A DNA stretch of 31,998 nt, from positions 1 through 31,998 of the IMG/VR virus record IMGVR_UViG_2724679538_000010; one strand, 5' to 3'. Origin of the DNA: a virus (Duplodnaviria > Heunggongvirae > Uroviricota > Caudoviricetes). This document shows, piece by piece, positions 18,650-26,223 of this stretch. Position 1 is the stretch's first letter. Each line of letters opens with the position of its first letter. Under the pieces are notes generated by a model. It saw only the letters and a list, made by a program, of their open reading frames with translations. It did no database searches and was not told the origin of the DNA. Position numbers and translations under genes: made by a program.

Positions 18650-19504
18650 TCAGCAGTTCGTCATCAGGGCGTCACCGCCACCGCCGGTGGCTTTACTGCG
18701 GCGCTGCTGGGTCAGACTTTCGGTGTGGTCGAGACTGTTTTTCAGGCGGGTGAATGCCTGACTGGTTTCATCCGCCCTGTCAGTCACCTCCTGCTTAAGT
18801 GCGGAAAAGGCGGTTTCCATCTCAGCAAGGCGCTGCTCAGTGGCGCTCAGTTTTTCCTGCACATGCTCAGCGACAGCGGTCACCGCTTCATGCACGTCAT
18901 TCAGACGGGCGTCATCGCTGGCCTGTTTGCGGCCAAAAATGGATTTCACCTTTTCGGTCAGGGCGGTGAACACGGTTTCAGGCAGGTCTTCAAATTCCAG
19001 CTCAACAGGCGTTGCCACTGAAATCAGGTTTTCAGGGCTTAATTTGAAGCGGTTCAGGGGGTTGTGTTTTGCCGTGCGGCAGAATTCCAGGTATTCCGTA
19101 CCGAGGCTTGCCGGGTCATCGGTGACGGCCAGCCCCACCAGATAACATTTGCCGGTGTTGGCAAAGTTCGGCTGAATTTCCATTGAGGTGTAGACCTTCT
19201 GCGCGGCCTTGTTCATCGCGATAAGGTCATCGGTCGGGGTGATTTTCGCAAACAGCGCCCATTTGCCTTTCAGCGCCGAATCGTCATCAATCTTTTCGGC
19301 CTTCAGTTCGACCACATCGCCATAACGTTTAAAAATGCCGTCAGGCAGGATGCCGCGCAGATGTTCCAGGTTAATGCGGCAACCATAGACTCGCGGGTCA
19401 AAGGTTTCGGCCATTTCCTGAATATCCTGCGCACTGATGACACGCCCGTCACAGGTGTCACCCTCAACGCCGATACGAAAGAATTTTGAGACTTTTTTTG
19501 CCAT
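18650..19504 (-). CDS. O: Capsid scaffold/protease O
   Basis: 284 aa from MAKKVSKFFRIGVEGDTCDGRVIS...; start moved to the Met with an SD. Confidence 0.85.
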   Translation of the reverse strand: MAKKVSKFFRIGVEGDTCDGRVISAQDIQEMAETFDPRVYGCRINLEHLRGILPDGIFKRYGDVVELKAEKIDDDSALKGKWALFAKITPTDDLIAMNKAAQKVYTSMEIQPNFANTGKCYLVGLAVTDDPASLGTEYLEFCRTAKHNPLNRFKLSPENLISVATPVELEFEDLPETVFTALTEKVKSIFGRKQASDDARLNDVHEAVTAVAEHVQEKLSATEQRLAEMETAFSALKQEVTDRADETSQAFTRLKNSLDHTESLTQQRRSKATGGGGDALMTNC

Positions 19505-19677
19505 TGTCAGGAGTCCTGAATAGTGATTAGAGGAGTCACATGTCGGCATCAGTTTCCTGACGATGCGCATCCTCCGCCATCAGTCCCGGATGGCTTATCA
19601 CTGACACAACAGCACCTTAGCGAATCGCGGGGCGCGACTCAGTAGCCTTGCCGTGTATTCATCACGGCGAGGTATTC

Positions 19678-21450
19678 ATGACCATCACCACAGACACCAC
19701 TCTTTTACACGACCCGCGTCGTCAGGCGGCGCTGCTGTACTGGCAGGGATTTTCCGTGCCGCAGATTGCCGCCATGTTGCAGATGAAACGCCCGACGGTG
19801 CAGAGCTGGAAACAGCGCGACGGCTGGGACAGCGTTGCCCCCATCAGCCGTGTCGAAATGAGTCTGGAAGCGCGGCTGACCCAGCTCATCATCAAACCGC
19901 AGAAAACCGGCGGTGACTTCAAGGAAATTGACCTGCTCGGACGCCAGATTGAACGACTGGCACGGGTCAACCGTTACAGTCAGACCGGCAACGAGGCAGA
20001 CCTTAATCCGAACGTCGCTAACCGCAACAAAGGCGGGCGTCGCAAACCGAAAAAGAATTTTTTCAGTGACGAGGCCATCGAAAAGCTGGAGCAGATTTTC
20101 TTTGAGCAGTCTTTCGAATATCAGTTGCACTGGTATCGCGCCGGGCTTGAGCACCGCATCCGCGATATCCTGAAATCCCGCCAGATTGGCGCGACGTTTT
20201 ATTTTTCCCGCGAGGCGCTGCTGCGCGCCCTGAAAACCGGTCATAACCAGATTTTTCTGTCGGCCAGTAAAACGCAGGCGTATGTGTTCCGCGAATACAT
20301 CATCGCCTTTGCCCGGCTGGTTGACGTTGACCTGACCGGTGACCCGATTGTCCTGGGCAATAACGGCGCAAAACTAATTTTTCTCGGCACCAACTCCAAC
20401 ACCGCACAGAGCCATAACGGCGACCTGTACGTCGACGAGATTTTCTGGATCCCGAATTTTCAGGTACTGCGTAAGGTGGCATCAGGTATGGCCTCACAGA
20501 GTCACCTGCGTTCGACCTATTTCTCCACCCCGTCCACGCTGGCGCACGACGCCTACCCGTTCTGGTCGGGTGAACTGTTCAACCGGGGACGCGCCAGCGC
20601 CGCCGAACGCGTGGAAATCGACGTCAGTCATAACGCCCTTGCCGGTGGGCTTCTCTGTGCGGACGGCCAGTGGCGGCAGATTGTCACCATTGAGGACGCC
20701 CTGAAAGGTGGCTGCACGCTGTTCGACATTGAGCAGCTCAAACGTGAAAACAGCGCCGACGATTTTAAAAACCTGTTCATGTGTGAATTTGTTGACGACA
20801 AGGCGTCGGTGTTCCCGTTCGAGGAGCTGCAACGCTGCATGGTCGACACGCTGGAAGAATGGGAAGACTATGCGCCGTTTGCCGCGAATCCGTTCGGCTC
20901 CCGCCCGGTATGGATTGGTTACGACCCGTCACACCGTGGCGACAGCGCCGGATGCGTGGTGCTGGCACCGCCGGTGGTGGCCGGTGGCAAATTCAGAATA
21001 CTTGAGCGTCACCAGTGGAAAGGCATGGACTTTGCCACTCAGGCGGAATCCATCCGCAAACTCACCGAAAAATACAACGTCGAATACATCGGTATTGATG
21101 CCACCGGCCTCGGTGTCGGCGTGTTCCAGCTCGTGCGCTCGTTCTATCCCGCCGCGCGCGATATCCGCTACACGCCGGAAATGAAAACCGCAATGGTGCT
21201 CAAGGCAAAAGACGTTATCCGCCGTGGCTGTCTGGAATATGACGTCAGCGCCACCGACATCACCAGCTCGTTTATGGCTATCCGCAAGACCATGACCAGC
21301 AGCGGACGCAGCGCCACCTATGAGGCCAGCCGCAGCGAGGAAGCCAGCCACGCCGACCTCGCCTGGGCAACCATGCACGCCCTGTTAAATGAGCCACTCA
21401 CCGCCGGTATCAGCACTCCGCTGACATCCACCATTCTGGAGTTTTACTGA
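19678..21450 (+). CDS. P: Terminase large (ATPase) subunit P
   Basis: 590 aa from MTITTDTTLLHDPRRQAALLYWQGFSVPQIA...; divergent from O; SD GAGGT upstream. Confidence 0.9.
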   Translation: MTITTDTTLLHDPRRQAALLYWQGFSVPQIAAMLQMKRPTVQSWKQRDGWDSVAPISRVEMSLEARLTQLIIKPQKTGGDFKEIDLLGRQIERLARVNRYSQTGNEADLNPNVANRNKGGRRKPKKNFFSDEAIEKLEQIFFEQSFEYQLHWYRAGLEHRIRDILKSRQIGATFYFSREALLRALKTGHNQIFLSASKTQAYVFREYIIAFARLVDVDLTGDPIVLGNNGAKLIFLGTNSNTAQSHNGDLYVDEIFWIPNFQVLRKVASGMASQSHLRSTYFSTPSTLAHDAYPFWSGELFNRGRASAAERVEIDVSHNALAGGLLCADGQWRQIVTIEDALKGGCTLFDIEQLKRENSADDFKNLFMCEFVDDKASVFPFEELQRCMVDTLEEWEDYAPFAANPFGSRPVWIGYDPSHRGDSAGCVVLAPPVVAGGKFRILERHQWKGMDFATQAESIRKLTEKYNVEYIGIDATGLGVGVFQLVRSFYPAARDIRYTPEMKTAMVLKAKDVIRRGCLEYDVSATDITSSFMAIRKTMTSSGRSATYEASRSEEASHADLAWATMHALLNEPLTAGISTPLTSTILEFY

Positions 21451-22484
21451 TGAGCAAGAAAAAAGGGAAAACACCGCAACCTGAGGCAAAAAAAATGACC
21501 GCCAGCGCCCCGAAAATGGAGGCTTTCACCTTTGGTGAGCCGGTGCCGGTACTCGACCGCCGTGACATTCTGGATTACGTCGAGTGCATCAGTAACGGCA
21601 GATGGTATGAGCCGCCGGTCAGCTTTACCGGTCTGGCGAAAAGCCTGCGTGCTGCCGTGCATCACAGCTCACCGATTTACGTTAAACGCAATATTCTGGC
21701 CTCGACATTTATCCCGCATCCGTGGCTTTCGCAACAGGATTTCAGCCGCTTTGTGCTGGATTTTCTGGTGTTCGGTAATGCGTTTCTGGAAAAGCGTTAC
21801 AGCACCACCGGTAAGGTCATCAGACTGGAAACCTCACCGGCAAAATATACCCGCCGTGGCGTGGAGGAGGATGTTTACTGGTGGGTGCCGTCCTTCAACG
21901 AGCCGACAGCCTTCACGCCCGGCTCCGTGTTTCACCTGCTGGAGCCGGATATTAATCAGGAGTTGTACGGCCTGCCGGAATATCTCAGCGCCCTTAATTC
22001 TGCCTGGCTGAATGAGTCGGCCACGCTGTTCCGCCGAAAGTATTACGAAAATGGCGCTCATGCCGGATACATCATGTACGTCACCGATGCCGTGCAGGAT
22101 CGCAACGATATCGAAATGCTTCGCGAAAACATGGTCAAGTCGAAAGGCCGCAACAACTTTAAAAACCTGTTTCTCTATGCCCCACAGGGGAAAGCCGACG
22201 GCATTAAAATTATCCCCCTCAGTGAAGTGGCGACGAAGGACGATTTTTTTAATATCAAAAAAGCCAGCGCCGCTGACCTGCTGGACGCGCACCGCATCCC
22301 CTTTCAGTTGATGGGCGGCAAGCCGGAGAACGTCGGGTCACTGGGAGATATTGAGAAAGTGGCAAAGGTCTTTGTCCGCAATGAGCTTATCCCGCTACAG
22401 GACAGGATCCGCGAGATAAACGGCTGGCTCGGTCAGGAGGTCATCCGCTTTAAAAACTACTCACTGGACACTGACAACGGCTGA
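21450..22484 (+). CDS. Q: Portal protein Q
   Basis: 344-aa ORF; length and position match P2 Q. Confidence 0.9.
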   Translation: MSKKKGKTPQPEAKKMTASAPKMEAFTFGEPVPVLDRRDILDYVECISNGRWYEPPVSFTGLAKSLRAAVHHSSPIYVKRNILASTFIPHPWLSQQDFSRFVLDFLVFGNAFLEKRYSTTGKVIRLETSPAKYTRRGVEEDVYWWVPSFNEPTAFTPGSVFHLLEPDINQELYGLPEYLSALNSAWLNESATLFRRKYYENGAHAGYIMYVTDAVQDRNDIEMLRENMVKSKGRNNFKNLFLYAPQGKADGIKIIPLSEVATKDDFFNIKKASAADLLDAHRIPFQLMGGKPENVGSLGDIEKVAKVFVRNELIPLQDRIREINGWLGQEVIRFKNYSLDTDNG

Positions 22485-22488
22485 ACAT

Positions 22489-22512
22489 CGCCGCCTGCGG
22501 GCGGCTTTTTTA
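22489..22512 (+). terminator. Rho-independent terminator after Q (stem ccgcc/ggcgg, loop tgcg, then T6)
   Basis: GC hairpin followed by TTTTTT directly downstream of the Q stop codon. Confidence 0.6.
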
Positions 22513-22653
22513 CACCCCGTCATCACGCCCTCACACGCTCACCACCGTACAAAACACCCCGCAGACACACCAACGCCTCAACGGGCAGACTAAGCGCCGT
22601 CACGACGCGCTGAGACGCTGAAAAAATACAATCAGCACCACTGTCAGCGCGCA

Positions 22654-22672
22654 GTGCTTTCCCCGCCTCGCC
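22654..22672. other. cos: cos site: 19-nt cohesive-end sequence
   Basis: gtgctttccccgcctcgcc is the exact reverse complement of GGCGAGGCGGGGAAAGCAC, which I recall as the P2 cohesive end; position next to Q is as expected. Confidence 0.7.
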
Positions 22673-22909
22673 CGCCCGCTTCATAGGGCGGTTTTAATGC
22701 AGTTGCTTAGATACTATGGATCCGCACCAGCTCTGACCGCAAGCAGCCGGAACGGGCATCCCCGACGCATGCAAAAACATTCACTTGTTGCATGCACGGC
22801 TTATTTAATGACAAATCAACTTAAATTTACAAAATCCACAGGTATGGATACTTTGCGAACATGATAGGCTTACGAGAATTATCTAGCCTATTTTTGACCG
22901 GAGCAATGT

Positions 22910-23851
22910 ATGCAAGGTAAAGTTGACGAACAGCAATCCAATGATATTGAAGCTGAGTTTGGATACTATCCAGTAGAAGTTAACGTTGAAACTGATGATT
23001 TTTCTTTACTTACTTTACCCGGTCTAGCGGAAAAAACAAATCTTATAAACAATCACAGAAATGTTATTAACGGTTGGATATACCCAGGAAACCAAGAAGT
23101 ATATAACCTCAATGGAGGCATATCCACAATGCCTTTTAGCCAACGAGTATTTGGCTTACCCAAAACACACTCACTAAAATTAAAAAATACATCTTCACTA
23201 GAAACTCTCAATTTTGCTGTGTGGTGTCTGTCTTTTTTCAAAGGGATAAGATTAACAACTACTGATGCCGGTTTTTTAGACGCAACCCCAATAAAACCCA
23301 GCAAATTAACTGACTTTATTCTGGTCAAGTGCTCTGAAAAAGAGGTTATAGAATTAGCACTCAAATACATGTCTAGCGAGAAAAAAACCAAACACGCACC
23401 AATAAATATCGCAGCAATAGTGCATGCACTATTTTTATCCCAAAACCCACAATACCTTAGCTTCGAAAAATTCCAGTATCTTTATATGGCACTGGATAGT
23501 TGCTTTGCTTTAACATGGGCAGAAAAGAACAAGTGTACAGAAAAGACTCTAAATCACTCCAGGCGCTTGAAGTGGATCTGCAAAACTTATGGCATACCAC
23601 GACCATCATGGGTTACAGGCAAAAAAAACATTACAAACATCCGCAATGAAAACTTTCATGAAGCTATGTTTCATGGTCAACCACTTGGCTTTACCACTAT
23701 TAACAATTATCAATATGGAGATGACATATTACAACAAATGCAGGCTTTAATTTGCCGATTGCTCGTTGCGATTCTTGGTGTTAACGCCCCCGATTACATC
23801 ACATCGAACGTGAACTCTCGTGAATATCATTCACTAACATTAAAAATATAA
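22910..23851 (+). CDS. Hypothetical 313-aa protein, AT-rich cargo gene, no recognisable motif
   Basis: Long uninterrupted ORF with GGAG SD upstream; composition and codon usage unlike the prophage backbone. Confidence 0.55.
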   Translation: MQGKVDEQQSNDIEAEFGYYPVEVNVETDDFSLLTLPGLAEKTNLINNHRNVINGWIYPGNQEVYNLNGGISTMPFSQRVFGLPKTHSLKLKNTSSLETLNFAVWCLSFFKGIRLTTTDAGFLDATPIKPSKLTDFILVKCSEKEVIELALKYMSSEKKTKHAPINIAAIVHALFLSQNPQYLSFEKFQYLYMALDSCFALTWAEKNKCTEKTLNHSRRLKWICKTYGIPRPSWVTGKKNITNIRNENFHEAMFHGQPLGFTTINNYQYGDDILQQMQALICRLLVAILGVNAPDYITSNVNSREYHSLTLKI

Positions 23852-23866
23852 AACGACTAAAAATAC

Positions 23867-23892
23867 TCTCCAGTAACAATAAGTACTGGAGA
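23867..23892. terminator. Hairpin between convergent cargo genes (9-bp stem tctccagta/tactggaga, 8-nt loop); T-rich flank on the minus-strand side
   Basis: Perfect inverted repeat between the stop codons of the 313-aa gene and the membrane-protein gene. Confidence 0.5.
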
Positions 23893-23933
23893 TGTATTAT
23901 CACTAAAACCAATAAAAAATCACAACTAATGCT

Positions 23934-24533
23934 TTACTTAGATAGTTTGTCTTTAATTATATTCAGAACACCAATTATTAATTCACTGATTGGCGTGGCC
24001 AACTCAATAGTATTAGATGTCGACTTTGTTCTAAAGTCTTTATCTGTCGGGTGTTGAAATGCTGATTTAAGAAGAGTCAAAAGCAAAGTTAAACCCACAC
24101 CAAGGATGAATGCAACAATAGCTATTAGAGAACTGGCCGATAACCAATCGGTGGATAAACCAGAAATAGATTTTCTAACTTTATTAGTGTCTGAAGATGG
24201 TGTTATCCTCTCATCAGCCATCTTCGGATCCGCAGATAAAGCAGAACATTTTTCTGCTGAAACACAAGTTTGTGCATCTACTTTTTGTGTTATCGCTGTG
24301 GCAATACTGCTTTTCGCTTCCAGCAAGCCATTTCCAACAGCCAAAGCAAAGTTAAGCCCCTGCCATAGAAATGTACAAGCAAAACAAAGCACAACGGCAG
24401 AGAGCACTAATCGCATACTTCTACGCTCTATACCATCCCGTCTATCTCGCCTTATAAGGATATCAGGATCTAAATCGCCCTTAGGAGTGGTTCCTTGCTC
24501 TGGGGACTGTCCAGATAAATCAATATCAGCCAT
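23934..24533 (-). CDS. Predicted two-helix membrane protein (199 aa) with charged N-terminal region; putative effector
   Basis: Two hydrophobic segments (LVLSAVVLCFACTFLWQGLNFALAV and LIAIVAFILGVGLTLLLTLL); co-directional with and 66 bp downstream of the peptidase gene. Confidence 0.6.
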   Translation of the reverse strand: MADIDLSGQSPEQGTTPKGDLDPDILIRRDRRDGIERRSMRLVLSAVVLCFACTFLWQGLNFALAVGNGLLEAKSSIATAITQKVDAQTCVSAEKCSALSADPKMADERITPSSDTNKVRKSISGLSTDWLSASSLIAIVAFILGVGLTLLLTLLKSAFQHPTDKDFRTKSTSNTIELATPISELIIGVLNIIKDKLSK

Positions 24534-24538
24534 AAAAA

Positions 24539-24572
24539 AATCACCCTTACATATACAAACGTAAAGGTGATT
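24539..24572 (-). promoter_or_regulatory. Intergenic hairpin plus U7 tract between peptidase and membrane genes; intrinsic attenuator that also occludes the membrane gene SD
   Basis: Minus-strand RNA AAUCACCUUUA-(12 nt loop)-UAAGGGUGAUU-UUUUUUU-AUG: 11-bp stem with one G.U pair, 3' arm contains the SD-like AAGGGUGA. Confidence 0.5.
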
Positions 24573-24599
24573 TTAAACAGGTTAAAAGTTAAAGGCTAA

Positions 24600-25085
24600 T
24601 TAATAAGCCATTCCTAAGCTCTTTAAGCGCCAATGCATAGCGGCTTCTGATACATTAAAGATGCTTGCTAATCTCAAAGTGCTATCAATACCTTCTCTGG
24701 ATACCAATTGACGTATAGCAGACTCAGGCATTAACAACTCAGCAGCAAACTTGTTTGCTTCAACCTCACGGTAATCACGAGCACCTGTTGAATAATTCCC
24801 GACATTATCCCGATGGTACTCTCCGTCCTGGGTATGCCCCAGCACATGATGACCTAACTCGTGTGCAACAGTAAAACGTTGACGATTAGAATGTTCACTA
24901 GAATCAAAATAAATCCTATGGACACCCTTTTTGATGACAGCCAGACCGCTTAACCCATCGTTGTTATAAGCCGATTCCTCAAGTGCTTCAACACGAGCAC
25001 CCCACGCTTTAGCAAGCTTAAACGGATCGACAGGTAGTCGGCGATCCCAATAGCGGTCAAGCAGTTTTTTAGCTGCATAGCTCAT
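24600..25085 (-). CDS. ImmA/IrrE-family (COG2856-like) zinc metallopeptidase, 161 aa
   Basis: HEXXH motif in FTVAHELGHHVLGH followed by EANKFAAELLMPE, characteristic of ImmA/IrrE peptidases; strong SD AGGAGG 6 nt upstream of the ATG; no HTH domain in the protein. Confidence 0.75.
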   Translation of the reverse strand: MSYAAKKLLDRYWDRRLPVDPFKLAKAWGARVEALEESAYNNDGLSGLAVIKKGVHRIYFDSSEHSNRQRFTVAHELGHHVLGHTQDGEYHRDNVGNYSTGARDYREVEANKFAAELLMPESAIRQLVSREGIDSTLRLASIFNVSEAAMHWRLKSLGMAY

Positions 25086-25807
25086 GGTTGCCTCCTACGT
25101 TAAAAAAGTTAAGTATGCACAGCCATATCACAGTTGTTATTTTATGTCAAGGCTGTTTTTCAGCCATTACTATAACACTAATCCACGTTTTCCCATAACA
25201 TTTTCGACATCATATATGCATTCAGTTCTGCATATAGCGCTTATCTTTGCTGATAACACGAGATGAATACGCGCAATCAGCCCACGATTTATAAAAAACC
25301 TTATAAATCAGAACATTGAGTTAAAAAAAACACTAACTACTTGCGCAGCGAGTTGTTAAACCTCAGCGACACTAAAAGAAAATTTCAGAGTCACCGCAGC
25401 TTCCACAGAAAACGCAACATAATGATTTTATTGGAATTTATGGCGCTATTTTTAATTACTTGTTTAAATCCGCCATATTGAAACTGTGCATTTCTAGCCA
25501 CTCACAACTTTAAAAAATTTACATTGCTTTCAAGACCTTATCATCCGTAGTCTCTGCTTTTTACTTTGAGCTATATCAAAAAAAGCTCAAACATCCTTGA
25601 TGCAAAACCAGTATTACACAACATAAAATGCAACCAGAAACAACGACATACCATATATTGTGTTGTTCAGGTCCTCTGTTCGGTGATATGCCAGATCACT
25701 TTGCGTTTAAACAGAGCATTATTTCAGGGCAAGACTTCGCTCAATAGTCACTCCGCCTTAGAAGCGCATATATCGGCGGAAATTGCCCTCTGCTTACAGG
25801 AGGCGAT

Positions 25808-25921
25808 ATGAAGAAGTGCTATTACTGCATTCTCGTTCTGGCCCTCTTTGGCTATCCATATGGTAGTCCGAGTGGTTTGTCAGTAAACGTCAGTAATATC
25901 CATGTAAGTATTTTTCTTTAG
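25808..25921 (+). CDS. Possible small hydrophobic protein (37 aa, MKKCYYCILVLALFGYPYGSPSGLSVNVSNIHVSIFL)
   Basis: Consensus SD AGGAGG 7 nt upstream of the ATG; ORF ends just before a strong terminator; below the 60-aa cutoff of the ORF track; no homology evidence. Confidence 0.25.
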   Translation: MKKCYYCILVLALFGYPYGSPSGLSVNVSNIHVSIFL

Positions 25922-25933
25922 TATGCTTCAAAC

Positions 25934-25963
25934 AAAAAAACCACCTGCCAGGGTGGTTTTTTT
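25934..25963. terminator. Bidirectional rho-independent terminator (A7 - ccacc..ggtgg hairpin - T7)
   Basis: aaaaaaaccacctgccagggtggttttttt read directly; lies downstream of A on the minus strand and of the small ORF on the plus strand. Confidence 0.65.
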
Positions 25964-26223
25964 GCGCCCGTCATCAATCCGATGAAAGACTAGCAAGACT
26001 TCGCTCGAGATGAATTATGCTTCGACATAAAGTCACTCGCAATGGTTTTATTAACCGAAATAGATGCTCTTTTATGACTCGAATCAAATAGCTGCCTTCA
26101 ATTACATGCTAACGATTCAATACAATTTAGCCTTCTGATTCAACACGCTATTGCTCCTCATCTACCTTAGAGGTGCTTCGCATAATCCATTCAAAGACAT
26201 ATAAAATCACGCTGTATTTTTAC

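Noticed and set aside
19505-19677. Ogr-dependent late promoter motif (TGT-N12-ACA) between O and P, and likewise upstream of FI and V
   Set aside because: Divergent late promoters are expected here, but I could not find a clean TGT-N12-ACA dyad by eye, so no coordinates are given.
20929-21378. 149-aa minus-strand ORF and other antisense ORFs within P and Q
   Set aside because: Fully contained in the terminase/portal genes on the opposite strand, with Gly/Ala/Arg-rich composition typical of antisense frames.
24106-24564. 152-aa plus-strand ORF overlapping the membrane-protein gene
   Set aside because: Antisense to the better-supported two-helix membrane ORF, which has an SD and operon context; no SD of its own.
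25566-25811. 81-aa plus-strand ORF in the non-coding part of island 2
   Set aside because: No ribosome-binding site, non-protein-like composition, and it overlaps the better-supported small ORF start in another frame.
22673-26223. Retron or CRISPR content in the cos-proximal island
   Set aside because: No reverse-transcriptase-like ORF, no regularly spaced short direct repeats and no cas-like genes are visible; the island holds only the three ORFs described.
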